From the NCBI GenBank assembly GCA_030141605.1, contig JAQGDQ010000011.1:926066-990065 (forward strand): a stretch of 64,000 nt of DNA, read 5' to 3'. The notes beneath the pieces were generated by a model. It saw only the letters and a list, made by a program, of their open reading frames with translations, made no database searches and was not told where the DNA came from. Position numbers and translations under genes: made by a program. Of the stretch, positions 44,735 through 60,700 are shown one piece after another (position 1 is the stretch's first letter; each line of letters opens with the position of its first letter). This DNA is from Tubiluchus corallicola. Taxonomy: Eukaryota; Animalia; Priapulida.

Positions 44735-45212
44735 TTTATTTTGTTTTATTTTATTTCATTTTATTTTACTTTATTTTGTTTAATTTAATTTTATTTTATT
44801 TAACTTTACTTTTACCTTACTTTACTTTTACTTTACTTTACTTTACTTTACTTTACTTTACTTTACTTTACTTTACTTTACTTTACTTTACTTTACTTTA
44901 CTTTACTTTACTTTACTTTACTTTACTTTACTTTACTTTACTTTACTTTACTTTACTTTACTTTACTTTACTTTACTTTACTTTACTTTACTTTACTTTA
45001 CTTTACTTTACTTTACTTTACTTTACTTTACTTTACTTTACTTTACTTTACTTTACTTTACTTTACTTTACTTTACTTTACTTTACTTTACTTTACTTTA
45101 CTTTACTTTACTTTACTTTACTTTACTTTACTTTACTTTACTTTACTTTACTTTACTTTACTTTATTTTACTTTACTTTACTTTACTTTACTTTACTCTA
45201 TTCACTTTACTT
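44735..45212. repeat. (TTTAC)n pentanucleotide array preceded by (TTTTA)n
   Basis: Direct reading. Confidence 0.97.
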
Positions 45213-46007
45213 TGCATGAAATTCGCTTTAGATTTACAAAATGTTATTCTTCACTTTAACGCATGCGTAGCAAGCACCTTCCAGTACATGTTTCGAAATC
45301 ATTATTAAAATGCATTTTAAACACCAAAAACGACATTAAATATGGATAATCGTGCTGAAAACAACAAAGCTTTGTTTTTTCAGTAAAAATACACGGCAAA
45401 ATGCTAAATTGTTGAAATTACAGAATTAACTTTAGCTCAAACTTTATACTTCCTAGTTCAAACATTTTTGACGATTATTAGGTTTATAAGATACGTTTAA
45501 TAAGGCGGCAGTTCAGCCACACAGCAGAAGAAATTCCGTAAATCTGCGGAAAGAAAACTTGTATCAAATGTGGACGTATTTTTACTATTTTTGTGCAAGG
45601 ATTACCACAGAATCATCAACAAAGTTCCTGAACTTGCACTTTTTATTTATCAAAGTGATTTGAAGGCCAATTGTATTTAATAAAGCACAAAAAACACTCT
45701 ACATAAAATAAAGCTTAAAAGTGCGTCTTGAAATTTTACATCACCTACATACGTCTTATTGCGCACAGAGTTTGTATTAGCAGTAACGCTGCATAAGACT
45801 TATAAATTTAAACTCTCGCGATGATAGTTAGGCGCAGCCATTTTAACAGTAAGTAGTTTGAAGCAAAGTTTGGATATTGTGTAAAGTTTGAAAAAATGAT
45901 CAGAGCATTCGTAGCACACTTTTCTTTAACTAAGCAAAAGTTGAAATACTTTATATTACCAATAAGAACAATAACGTGTTTTTGATAAAACAGTGGTGCA
46001 CACTGGG

Positions 46008-46113
46008 ATTTATCGTTTTATTTTCATATTCTACTTAAATCAATATATATATTGACTTCAATATATATATATATATATTGATTTAAGTAGAATATGAAAA
46101 TAAAATGATAAAT
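46008..46113. repeat. AT-rich foldback palindrome with a (TA)n centre
   Basis: TTTATCGTTTTATTTTCATATTCTACTTAAATCAATATATATAT ... ATATATATATTGATTTAAGTAGAATATGAAAATAAAATGATAAA: near-perfect inverted arms of ~44 bp. Confidence 0.85.
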
Positions 46114-46269
46114 AATGTCGGCGCAAACTATGTTGAAGTTTTGGTCATGATATTATAAGAAGAAAATAACGGAATGAAGTGAAAATTACTACACTGATGT
46201 TACAGGCACTTACGTAAGACACTAACAATTTCATTCCTTTAAATTTTTCCAAGGATACAGAAGTTTTAA

Positions 46270-46580
46270 AACAACAAGTCAAGAAACGAATGCCGGAAAA
46301 AATTGCGTGTCACTATTGTTAAAATTTATAGCAAGTGCTATATGTGTCCATCATTTTCACTGCAAACTAGACGAAGGCATTTTTTCCAACAGCTGACACA
46401 GTTTCTCGCTTCTTTAAGGAGTATCCCAGCACTCGAAAATTTTTGCTTTTAGTTCCTCTGCATCAAACAGCTCTGTGCGGGCATTGTACACTTTCTCTTT
46501 AAGGGAATTCCAGGTACTAGAATCCAGAGGATTAAGTCCCTTTTTTTCTTGGCAACAAATCTTTATTAGTGCAAAAAAAC
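46270..46580 (-). pseudogene. Internally deleted Tc1/mariner transposase remnant
   Basis: ALIKICCQEK fused to LNPLDSSTWNSLKEKVY...FDAEELKAKIFECW, matching the (SPD)LNPxD/E-W motif region; same family as 5881-6450. Confidence 0.7.
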
Positions 46581-47569
46581 AACAAAAAGAATCATGTGGT
46601 CTAAACATCATTGACGAGTAGTTAATATCATCACCACTCCCCGCGCAAATTTAGTCCTGAGTCCTAACGTTAATTAACTTTCGCCGATCATTTTAAAAGT
46701 CTTTGTCAAAATTCAGAAATTTAACTCCAAAACAAACCAGCTCGAAATGCCAGAAATATTCCTGTACGGGACGTGACATGAAGATGCTTAGTAAAGACGC
46801 CAACCATTAAATTGTGGGGAAATTATGAAAATTAGTTTAAATTTGCAAACTTTAATACCAAAAATCAAAGCATATTATTAGTTTTTCTGATTCGTAATGA
46901 CGACTAATGACGTCATTAGCAATTCGTAATGACGTAATGATTTGGATAAGATGGCGCTGGTCGCCTGCCACAGTCCCGCTCAGGCTTGGATTTACCAAAA
47001 GCAAGCCATTGGCTTAGGGCCCACGTGTATCTGAAAACTCACTGAAACTAATGCTGTACTATAACTATGTGTTAAAGTTCTTATTTCTTACATTATGATA
47101 TTAGGTAGTATTTGTTAACGTTTGGCCAATGCAAAAATACTGTAAAAAATTATATATATTGGACACTGAAACATACTAACAGTTCTTAAAATTTAGAAGG
47201 GCCACTGATGAGTTTGGCCACTAGTAGGTAAATCCGGCCCTGGTCAAGCTGGCCACTAGTGTCTTAATTCTTGGCTTTTTACCACTATTACTGATACAAG
47301 GTGATAATTTCATGTAAAAATGAATTATAAATACAAGTGCGTGTAGTGATCAACCAAAACTAGGTAATGTTGATGAAATTAAACAATAACATAATGCATA
47401 TTAGTTGGCAATTATTGGTAATTCAGTACCTGGAAACACTCGTTTGGATGCCTTATTTAAAACTGGCATTACTAGACGCACGGCGAGCTAAACTGTGTTT
47501 AAAACTTGGAAGTAAATGAAAAAATTCAAGAGATAACAATTTCTAAGATCGATTAGAAATATATATATA

Positions 47570-48100
47570 CATATACATATAAAATCTTTATTTGTCTTAT
47601 AAAAATTTTTAACATCACAAATGTTAATAAAAAATTACATTTGCGTTTGACATCAGTGCATGAAACACTAAAAAAAAGACAAATACATCACGTGCAGAGC
47701 TATCACTACACACACAGTGAACATTGACATTTACAACATACAGATACTAAATAAATCATTTTATATTTACAATATATGCACGCACTTACATTAAAACATT
47801 TTAATTTTACAAGAGTATGGGCGGGGAAAACATATTGAAGAAAAATGTATAACCAATAGGTATTACATGTCTCCTTGTAATATTTAATTCGATTAGTGAA
47901 AGGTAAATTTATAGAAAATCAAATGAAATGTTTTGGAAGATTTAGTTTGATTTTTTTAAATGGTTGATTTTCATAACTCGTGTTTGGTCTTGATGTGTGA
48001 TGGTTTTTCCATACTTGTAAACTGCAGGGAAAATGGCATTTTAAATTTTAAATAATTTTTACCATTTGTACATAGTATTAATTCAGTTTTAGACTGCAAT
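47570..48100 (-). mobile_element. Possible decayed LINE 3' end
   Basis: Minus-strand AATAAA followed by a (TA)-rich tail at ~47560-47593, with weak remnants of a FMYK..H..TR-type ORF2 end upstream. Confidence 0.3.
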
Positions 48101-48114
48101 GTGTTTTTTAATAA

Positions 48115-48772
<658 letters not shown>

Positions 48773-51700
48773 CTCCTGTAATATACACCCACTGCAACTG
48801 TTGATTTTGACTGTGAAAATTATTAGTTTCATTTCAAAATGTACAATCACCCATCCACCCCCACTGGCAGTAACAGCTGTAATTACAATTACAGAAAGGA
48901 AGTAGGTTCTAAACTGATTACGCCTAGTAGACGTACTCCTAAATGTATGACTTTTGTTGCTCACTGCAAGCCAACATCCACGACTCGACGGCAATGGCTA
49001 TTACTGAAGATAAATAATTGCAGCAGGACTGGTACTTCGTTAACTCCTCAAAACTGTAGACACACTCTTGCCAGCAACTATCCAATTACTAACTAGCCAA
49101 GCGCTGCTTAATTTTCCGGCTAATACTGCCTTGTAATCACTTGACTTTTCTTCTCCTAATATCAACCATGTGACCTAAAATATCAATAGTTTTAAAGCAA
49201 AAGCCAAGTATCTCAGGAAGTCTCTCTTATTTAATATTTGAGAAAAATGTTAGAAAGTTTCAGCAATAACATTGTGATAAGTGTCTCGTGTAAAATTAGT
49301 AAAATCAATTTAAAGTCGCGATCACTTCGCGCTTGGACGCACTCATTTTGATGAATCCCCGATGAAATGAAAATATTTTCTATACATTTCAATATCTCTG
49401 TGAACGTGGTCTATTAGAGGAAAAAATATTGGTCATTGCTGTCCCTCGCTTAATATTCCGGTTACTGGGAACATCTGAATTTTATAATAGAAAAAGAAAC
49501 AGATCAACCTGATTAAAGCACACAATGCTGCAGCATCCATACAATGGTACAGCATCGGTCTCTTGTTCAAATCTTGGTCCGTTTTTGTTACAACTTCTGA
49601 TCTCACACCAAGATAAATTCTATTCTAATAATCACTCATTAGTGTCTAAAGCCTGAGAAACTTTCAGGTAAAGACCAGTATGGAGGCTTATAGTGTCAGT
49701 AGGCCGTGCACCCAACGGCTTGGGAAATAGGGTCAGACCTGTCATCAAGCATCAAACGTATAGGAATCCTACATTTAAAGGAAAGGACAAGTCACTCAGT
49801 ATGATGGATTTATTTTACTGTTATCACTTAAACTTGTGTTGTACTAAAACCAGGCAAGTTTTAAGATAAAAATTCAAATTTCAAATTTGCCGCTGTGCTT
49901 ACGCATGAACTCTCAAACGTGCGCGCTACGTCACAACTGAACACCTCTGAATTGATAGGTACAGCACCTATATTTTGTGCAGCGCGTTTCTGAGATTCAG
50001 ACGCTAGTGCCCATCTAACTAGGTTGCAGCCAATACCAGTAATATTGTACATTGTACTGCAGTTAAACGCTTTTAGAGTTGGGGAACATTGGTCAATGAT
50101 GAATTGCGGTTGACCATTGAAATAAATTTAAACTATTGTTATTAAAGCGTGAACTTAAAAAGTTCCCAGCGTGAATTCATTTAAGTGCCCAATTCCTTAT
50201 CTTCCACTCATAATAATAACATAATAATCCTGTTTTTTACTGTTTGTTTCCTTGTTATTGTGTTGTGTGTAGTATATTAACCAGCTTAAACAAAATACAG
50301 ACAAAATGAACGCAACATGAAATCAATATCGTTTGCATACAACAAATGATTACTATAAGCTATTCTGATACCAATCAATTTCAAACATGTGCAACCTTTT
50401 AAATATAAAAATTAAAATCAGCAATATAATCTTGTTAGATTGTACCAGATCCACATGTTAAAAAGACTTCCTTAACGGACAATTTAAAAAGTAGGAAGCT
50501 TAGATTGCTAAAAAGTGATAATTCTCGCATGGATCGCTTTAAATGCTGTTCTGCATCTTAAAAACTTGACTGGTTGCTTCACAACCTGGACAAGTATCCG
50601 GTCAAGTTTAAGTTTAGTAGGTGTGTTTGAAACTGCGGAAGAATATCGTTGTAACTTTACTGTTTTCGCATCACTGATGTTAAAAGTTGTGCAAAAAAGA
50701 AAACGATATTCGCAACATACTTAACATACTAAATTGAAATTCAAACTTACTTTGCTACTCATATTCTGACAATAACAAATAAGTTGATGAGCAAGTTAAA
50801 TTTTTAATATCACTTTTGAATAGTACTTGTTAAATTATAATAATTTATATGTGAAGTATCGCTAGTAAGGATGACTTTTGACAACTACTACTCCAACTGC
50901 TTTATTATAGAGTAATAAAAGTTAAAAATACTGGTCAAGCAATCGTAGACCTAAAAAAATTGGAATTTTGCAAACTGATTCCCAGCGAAGTACTGCAGAG
51001 AAGCAAAAGTGAAGCAACTGCAAGATTCCCTTTCGAAACGAGGGCCTGTCCATAGTACGTAGCTGTAATTACAGCACTATCAGCGAAGAGCTCAACACCC
51101 CTATTAGATAATAAGACTAACAAATGCACCGGATACAATATTCCGACAAGAAGTTATATGTTTTTGATATGTTTTCCTTCTCAGTCCAGCTAGATATGGA
51201 AATACTCAGTGGTTCCAACAGTTTTAGAAGCAATTGGATCAAAACTTCCAAACACCGCGTTCTAAACTGTGAACGATAGAAATCCTTAAAGAAAACCGGA
51301 CGATTGTGTAGGCATTAGTTCTAAATAAAGTGTGTTCTAAAATATAGAAAAAAACAACAGCTTTTTTAAATCAAAACTTAGCTTAAATAATAATTACCTC
51401 GGATAAATTTTGTTAAATTTTCAAAGCTATGCGCTGCTCAGCGAATCCACTAAGACTGAAAATGGCGCCTTTTTGTCTCATTCGCGAGACAGACAAATAA
51501 GCGCGGTACCGTGATAAGCATGCTTATGACTTGCAGTGTTATATGTGACGACAGAGTGACATAGAGTCCATTTTCGTGACATCACATCAGCGTTTTATAG
51601 CAATCTTCGCTTACGCAAACGTGCTTGATGCGCAGGAAAGATGCCTACCATTGCATAAACTGTGGTTAGTTTGTTACGTAAACGATAGCTGTGTTCCGTT

Positions 51701-54700
51701 ACCGTTAAATAACTTTCTAAGATAAATATTATAAACAATTGCTAACTTTTATAGCAAGAAAATGTATATTTTGGACAGTACTTTAAAATGAATATGAGTC
51801 TAACCAATTGTCCGGCTTTGCTTTTAAAAAGCAAAAACGTTGTCACGTTTAAGGTAACCACGTTCACCAAGACGCATCGCATCAACGAGTTTTTACAAAA
51901 TTATCAACTTTCAGTTTCTTTTGCGTATCCATCTGTCTGTTATGAATTATGAGATGAATGGACAAACTTTCTAAGCCGGTCAGCAAATAGAAATAAATCT
52001 TTAATGCTTCGGTTAAAATCATCTATAAAGCAAAGTAAGCTGATTTATTTACACAGATTGTGGTTTTCATTAAATTATCACTAGTTTTTGCTTCTAAATA
52101 GTAAACGAAATAGTTATAAGGATAAGTTGCATAATTTATTAAGGCATATAAGACGAGTTATGGCAATTTATAGCTTATTATATCTTATTTTTGCTGTGAA
52201 GAGTAGAACTGAGAAAGCCAACATCTTCCGTTAAAGCAAGACAGGACGATTTTTCATATACTACCCCATTTTCAAGTCTGATAAAAAGTATACATTTTAA
52301 CACAATTAATACTGCAAAAGCGTTTCTCATAATTAAATAGTAGATTAAAAACTTAATTAATGGCAGGCGAGACCAACTATTGATGACATGACAAACTAAC
52401 ATAATTTTCAACAACAAAAATATTCCATGAACGTGCTGCACGTGTTTGCGAAAGCGAAAATTGAAGTACAGTGCTACTGTAAGATATTCAGTGTGTTGTA
52501 CTAAAACTAGCAAATTTTAAGATAAAAATTCAAATTTCAAATTTGCCGCTGTGTGCACGCATGAACTCTCAAACGTGTGCGCTACGTCACAACTGAACAC
52601 CTCTGAACTGATAGGTACAACACCTGTTTTTGGTGCAACGCGCTTCTGAGATTCAGACACCAGCGCCCACCTAACTAGCGATTGGCAAAATGCATGTAAC
52701 CCCGAAGAACTGATGGCGCGAAGGTGAAATTGTATTGTTTTCAACATTTCAAAGAGTATATTGTTTGACCTACAGTTTCAGATTGGGTCTGGTTTTACTA
52801 TAAGCAACAACTAGCATAAGTGCTGACGAGTTGAAGAAAGAGGACGTTGAAAAACTGTGAGGCAGTCGGGATTTGAACATAAGGCCATCAAATTAGAACT
52901 GACATGCTTTGATTAATTGTAGTTGATTGCTATTTATTAACATTTTATTTATTAACAGCAAAAAATAAGCAAAAATATAATCATTCCAGACCTGTAACAT
53001 GACACTATCAGCGTTTTGATTTCAAAAATATAAATGTGTTATTCTGATTTAAAATATTTTGTATAACAACATAAAATGATGTAAAATGCAAACAACAGGC
53101 TAGAAATGGACCTCAGAACATTTAAACTTTTATACAAGAAGCTCTTCTTAAAGATTAAACTAACATCTTGCTTTTTTCCGGCCCTTTTATGTAAATTTTC
53201 TTGTTTTGGCATATTTATTTACATGTTGTAGTGTTACATCGTTTCATATTGTTACACAAGATATTTTGTATTAAATTGAATAACGTATTCCTTTTAGAAT
53301 CAACACACCGAAAATGCTATGTTAATGATGAAAGGCGTCTAGAAAATGAATATTTTTGCTGTTGACACCAATATTTATGAAAATGGTTATTTTTAACCCA
53401 TGAAGACAGAAATTACAAAGCTTTGATTTAGGGTTAGGATTGAAGCCAAAGAAAATTTCCTCTTCTGCACAACAGTCAGTGCTAAAAATTGTCATCAAAG
53501 AAGAACCAACATCTAGTCGGACAATGTTCTTGTATACGTTTCGCCACTTTTAATACTAATTTGCATCATCAGGCTCCGTGTCCCACAAATCTCATTCGTT
53601 TAATTTAATTCGCCAAAGAGGAATTGTTTGATTTTCTAGGACATCGCTAATTGAAAACCATCTCTGCTTATTGCTGACAATAATGTCATGCTTGAGTATA
53701 CTTAAATTTTCCCTCTTAATAGCAAATTTCACTGTCTATATAGAATTATATCAGCGTAAAATACTCAGCTTCAAAAGAGACAAGGTTTCAAATGTCTAAG
53801 TGATTGTCTCCCTATAGCAGTAACTTCGACACCTAGCAATTTGCAAAAAAAGTTCCCAACAATACTAACAATAGAAACATTCCCTTTCTACTGATATTAA
53901 AGATTTCACTGATAAGCATCGATTGCTGCTTAAAATCGATAACTAGCGATATTATTTAAATGCACGTACAGCGTACAATTCAACTGAACTTATGCATAAC
54001 TTGATACTAGAATAAAATTGGGTTTGTGTGTCGCTTACGCCATATCGAATGTGTACCCTCCATGCCTCGCTCCACTACGTCTCCACGCCTCGCTCCACTA
54101 CAGTGATAAAGAAAACGAACAATGGGGTTATTTGTTTCCTGTTACTTGTTAATGAAATTTGAAAAGAAATTTAATGAGGAAAACATCAGCCCAGTCCAGT
54201 GGAACAGGGCTATCCGGTCTACTCTAGTGAAATTTGTTACATCATCCCAGTTGAAACTGGGATTGGATGAGATGAGATGGAATGGGATGAGATGAGATGA
54301 TCTGAGGATGGAATGGGAGGGGTGGAATTGGAGGGGATGGGTGAGTTGGGATGAGATGGGGTAAAATGGGAAGGGTTGTAATCAAGTAGGCAGAACAGGG
54401 CAGGCTGCGATGGGACAGGACAGAACTGAATATGACAAGGAAATTTGTTCAGAAAAGTTAGAAATAAAAGACGTCAGATAACAAGCAAAGAGTTCAATAT
54501 TAAATAAGTTAGCCGAGCATTAAATAAGTTGATGATGATGATGCTGATAAATCTTTATTATTACACAAATAACACAATGAGGCAGTATTTGCAGGCTGAA
54601 GAGATTTTCACACCATTTAAACTTTATGGAATATATATGAATATATGAAACTTTATGAATATGTACAACGAAATAATAGTGCTAACAAAACTTATATCCC

Positions 54701-57700
54701 ATATTAAATGCTTAATAGCACAAAATCAGAAGCTAGTTAATGTTTTGCTGTTAAATTACATTATAGTCATTAATGTTAATATTATTTACCAAAGATATGC
54801 AGAATAAATTCATCATTTACAAAATTTACAAAGCTGTTAAGCAACAAGTCATTTCTGTACAGATAAAAATCATTTACAGATCCATCGTAAGTTCTTCTAG
54901 TGGTGCTTCGCATTTATTCTCCTGCATAATAGACCAAAATCCTGTGCAGGAAATCACTGTATAAGAGCCACGTAAGCCACGTAAAATGAGTGATGCTATA
55001 CTTTGCGTAGATTAGTAATTGTGGTGCCTTGGTAGGATGGACTCAAAATTTTGGTATCAATGTCTACGTAATAATTTATACGTATGTACATTATCTATTG
55101 TTAGGGCCTATTATGAAATTTTACCAAACTGGTGTATGATATGAATCATCATTAATTTTCACAAATTCTGAAGGCACCGTACGTAAATGCTATAAATAGA
55201 AGCTCCATTATTAGCCCTACGCCATTAAAGTTTAACCTTTAACCTTAATCTATAGATTAAGCTACTCATCTTAGCTAATAGCTTGTATTAAAATAGCTCT
55301 GGACAATAGAGCGCGCTGTACCGCTACACTGTTTACGGAAGAAACCGATACAGTTGTTAATCCGAATATCTATCAGTTTCTTGAACCACTCCGGCAAATT
55401 TGAAAACTACCTGTCGAGAGCCGAAGTCCCTTTGTCTTGTTGCACAATGGAAAACTTGGAGTTCTTTTAGAAGCAAAGTGTTTGCTTTACAAAGTGAAGT
55501 AGGATGAAAAGATTTGCAGCGGGGCAGTAGGGTCATTTAGCACACATCAAAGAATTGCTGAACATTATGAGGAGGCGAGATTTTAACAGACAGATAATTC
55601 TCTACTTGCCTTAAATTTTAAGAATAAAAGAAGAAAAGACTTTAAGCACCGAATAGAATTTTGTTTCCTAAGCTTTTGTCAGCAACAGTGTTTATTTAGA
55701 ACGATTCTTTGCAGTCAGAAGAGTATTACTAAAACTATATTTAGTATGTTTGAGGTAGATTGTTTTGCATGTTAGTTAGGTCTAAAGTTAGGTTACTTTG
55801 TCATGCTTTATGCGGCCGCTTAAATTTGTTTTTCACAAGTAACACTGTACGCTGTGACTATAATTGCATGTACAATATATATATATATATATATACATAG
55901 TGCATATATACATGGTGAGCAAAAAAGTTAGCCCTTTTTAAAGCAATGCCACAGAGCCGAGAATTAGTATCCAATTTGTATGCAAATTTAGCAGGATAAA
56001 CTAGAAACATTTTAACACTTAGTCGCTATTGTTTGCAAAGAAGATAAAAAAATTACCTTTTATGCTTGATACTGCAATCGAGCCTATAAAAATAAAAAAC
56101 TAGATATTAGTTGATTTATTGCTATTGCCTTTATTGCATTGATATTGCTTTGACTGTATTGTCAATAAAGCTGTTGAGCAATTCATTCCTCGATTGAAAA
56201 AAAGTGTCAGAAAAACACATTGAACATTCTTTTATGTGAATTAAACCGCACACTTAAAGGACAAATTATGTGTTTTTATTTGTTTAGAAAATTCGAACTT
56301 TTTTATCTAAACCGCAATAAAATCTCCAAATTTTGGATTTTTATGTAAAAGTCGGTACATTCTTAAAACGTGCATCTTTTTATGTGCAAAAAATTTCATT
56401 CTAATGCTAAAAAAATAAGCCTAGTAATCAATTTTTAACCATGTTTACTCTTTTCCACTCGATAAAATATCTATAAACGTCTCACGATATGGAAAGCAAG
56501 CGACACCATCCTCAAATGGAAAGCTCTCAAGGTCAATTATATATTTAAAACAAGCCCAAATTCCACTTCAAGCTTACAATAAGAAGACCAACTCAACATG
56601 ATACATCAAAACACGATAGCGCGTGAAAGTTTGAGCGAAAATTGTTCCCTTTAAAAATCATCAGAAGAGCAAGTGGGAAAATAGAATATGCGAACACTAA
56701 AATGTATTTTCAAACACTTTATTTTCAAACACTTAGCTATCTGTTACTGTATCTATTTCTTTTTACTCATTACATTGTCTGTTTATTCATTACATTGGCT
56801 TCTTTGTAAACACATAGTTAAAGCATAATTTTCTATAACATAGGCTCTGTCCATTTAAACTGGTTTGTTGTTTGTCTGTCGAAACGGTTGGACATGTTTT
56901 TAAACAGTTGTAAATTAAAATTTTTCATGAAAGTTGCGTTGTTTTAATAATAAAAGGTACCGGATCTTCTTAATTAGAAGCACAAAAAGGTTAAAGTTCA
57001 CAGAGGGGCCTTTGTAAAATTGACTTATCTAACAACAAAATAAATAATCAACTTATTTTAATAGATATAATAAAAGACAGCAGAAGACAAATTGGTTAAA
57101 TTGTGCTACAGTATTTCAAAATTCGGTTGAATTATTTCGTTGACTTATTGACACATAGAGTTCACTGCAGTACAAAATAAATACGACTATTTTATAAATC
57201 TACGACGCAAAAACGACAATAAATATAATTAACCATTCTGCAGTGGATGTTAAATTTCCGCGCCCTATTTTGCCCTCAATTTACATTGTTTTAATAATTA
57301 ATTACGGCAAGGGACAATTTTATTAGACCGCTTCCGTTGCACTAATAACAGGCCTGCTAGTGTGCTAATTTTTTCTGGCAAGTTTTCAAACACCCAACAA
57401 TTTGCTTATGTTTATTAGAGCGCTGTGTGCGGCTGTTAGATTAACCCCTCCCCCTTGTCCTACTAGACCCCAATTTCCAATAACTGTTTTCCAGAAAAGC
57501 CGCTATTTTTCTTTTCCCTTCTATAATTTATCTCAAATGTTGGCCATAGTAGCAAAAACTTTTACAGAACTTTGTTAGAGGCAGAGAAATTTTAACGAGT
57601 TGTTGATTCGCATTGAATTTGCTAGAGATGAGCTTTGTGAATACCGTACGGAAGCCCAGAGTCCAGAGCATTTGATATACTGATGTCCTCGAGTCAATTA

Positions 57701-60700
57701 AACAAGCGAAACTGCTAAACGCACTGAGAAATGACAATTTAAGTGTAAAAGTATTTGTGTATGACACAAAAAGTGTAAACTTAGTATCAACGCTAATTTA
57801 CTTTACAAAGAACTTTTTATATTAAGACCTTGTTGCTAAATTTGAGTAAAATACGGTTTAAAATTGTGCAGTTTTTGAGATTATAATTTGTAGCTTACCG
57901 TGAACATAATAATTGTATTGGGGATTTATTATTTAGTATAGTCATTTACCTGAATTATTATGTTACTAACCAGGAAACTTGCTTCACGTTTTGTGCTTTG
58001 CTTTTCCTATTTTTTTTTAAAATGTGATGTTTAAATTGTATTTCCATAAGAAAGAAAATGGAAATTTTCCAAAAGTCACTGTTTTAAATGAAAAAGAAAC
58101 ACAGCTTTTGAGTTTCTTATAAACGTGACTTAGAAGACAGCCCTGGCTTAAATCCTCTAAATTTTAGCAATATGGGAGAACTTTTCTCAGTGAGTGTATG
58201 GTGTAAGAAAACCAAAGATGTTCCTGAACTGAAAAAAGTTTTGATCCAAGATTTGGCTAAATTTCTGCAAAATGAGATTAATTCAGTTATTGCCCAAATC
58301 CGACCTAGACTTGCAAAGTGATCAAAAAAGAAAGAAAGCACAAAAAACAACATTTCTAAGTTATGTAGATAAAGAAAGTATCAACGGCTGAATTTCTTTT
58401 TCATTTAGAATAGTAAATTTTGGTAAAAAAATCCTTTTCTTTGTTATTGAAGAACATTTTTAAACATAATTTTTTTGAAAATATCAGCAAAAATAAAACA
58501 TGAAACTTACAACAAGTATTTTCTTGTGTACAAAATATACATTACAAAATAAGCTAATGTTGTTAATGTTGTAATGAGTTAATGTCATACACTGATTAAT
58601 GCTGGACAGTCAGTTTCAGGTTTTTACTAAAAACAAGAAACAACTAAACTAAAAACATTAAAGTGACTGGTTTTTTTCATCTTCTTTACTAATTGAGAAA
58701 AGTCAAAAACAGTTTAATAAATTACTTTCTGAAGCTCCTTGTCTGAGATTGGCCAGTGTACGACTTGGCCCATTTAACCTTTATGCTGTTTGACTTCTAA
58801 TTTTTGCTTTATTAAAGAATTTGCAAAGATTGTTTTTTCTGGGCGACCTTGCATAAATTCAGAATCTGTCTCTCACTTGCGCCAGAAAATCGTTTTTCTT
58901 TTTATTCTTTTTGAACTATTTCAGGATGTTTTTTTACTAAACAATGGTCTAATTCTTAAAGTTCACCTACCAAAGTTATCGCCAACAATGGGCGTAACTG
59001 ATCGATTTTATTATAATCCATTTATGACTTTATGCAATTATGATCAACTTCCTCTTCTCACCAACCTGTCGCTAATTGCGCCAGTTGACTTAACATCAAG
59101 TCGTTTCAATAATCAAATCTACTGACCCTTAAAGTACACTTACTGGTTGCAAATTAACAGGTCACAAGTTTTCAGTCAATTAACAGCTACATTCAGTGTG
59201 TTACCAGCCATTCTAATTGATCAAAAGAGCGAAGGTCCTGATTTCTCTCTTGATTTCTATTATTCTGCATCATTGTTCAGCGTTGACCAGACCGTGTCAA
59301 GCAAATCGTGTGCATTATGCCGCTTGGCTGGTTAAAACAAGCCGCTTTATCGCCAAATCAAAGGAAATACATGATTGGGGTCGTTCGTGCTTTTGTCTAT
59401 CTTTGCATCACACTCACTTATTAACTTTTGAACAAATTGATACGTATTGGATTTGGGTCAGAACTTGTGAGTTTGAAACTACTACCTCATCCGACATCAT
59501 GGTCAGTTAAACTACCAACCCCCTCCCCAGTTTTAATTGGTTCGCGCAAAACGTTTACTTCAGTTTCGCTTTTACAAAGCATTTGAAATAGGCAAGAAAA
59601 ATCTCTCGGCTACCCTAGAGAAGTTACCTTTTACAGGTGAAAACCGTCTAAGGCCAAAAAGCTTTAAAATATTTGAAATATATTTCGTTCAAAAATGAAA
59701 CTCTGGGATATTGAAACTGTTTGGTAGTGACTAGCTCTGCCAACTGTTGCTATCGAATGAATCTCTCAAATAATATTGCTATGGACCCAAGTTCAAGTGT
59801 CCTGGTCCTATAGAGGTTTACTTTGCACTGTTCTTCCTTCTAAAATTCTTTAGCTTACAGTTCTTTGGCAGATAATCATTTTAGCGCATGGTTTCTTCAG
59901 TATAACCTTCAGTTTTGACGTTACATTACTTCTGTGTCAAGCCTTTCACCTGCTACCCACTCTAGCAATGATTTTGCAATTCAAAAATAAAAGATTATTC
60001 GACATCTTGATCCATTTTTCGCCTTTCTGCCAAATGTGGATTATAGAGGATTTTTGACGGTGCCTTATTGATACAAAATTGATATAAAACATAAACTACG
60101 CGTTCAGCTGGTTTTGAAGATCCCGTAGAAACAGACAGTTTATTACTACATTTCATTAGCAGGCCCTTTGTTTCTTTTTCCATCAATGAAATACAAGAAA
60201 ACTTGTTGAATAAATCAATATAAAAACAGCTGCAGTTGACATAATAGTGAACATAATATATTGCGTACTGTGACGTCAACAGCAGGTATTTTCAAATTGT
60301 ATTACATCGCTTTATTGCTTTATATCAAATGTGAATTAGGTACAAAACCGCGGTTTGTTTTGGCCTTTAAATAAGATTTAACTAACTAACTAAAAAAATT
60401 TTAGTTTTTAACTAAAAAATTTAGCTGAAGCTCTATTAAAGGAAAGGCAAAAGCCTTTTGGTTTTTTTAGGCGTATTTAAATATTCATGAAAAATGTAAT
60501 CAGGCTTTAGTAATAAAAGTGTGATAAGCTTCTCCTGTAATTAGCAAAATCAGTTTAAAGTCACGATCATTTCACGCTTGGGTGCTACAATTTTGAACGC
60601 CAATTTTTCCAACAATTACGTCGTTCATCGGCTGAAGAAAAGCAGCGCACTGTCAATTTCAGTCAAAAATATAAAAAGTTTTTACAAAAAATTAGATAGA

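Noticed and set aside
55320-59510. Possible decayed DNA-transposase fragments (55.3-55.6 kb, 58.8-59.5 kb)
   Set aside because: The resemblance is too weak, with no catalytic motifs or terminal repeats identified.
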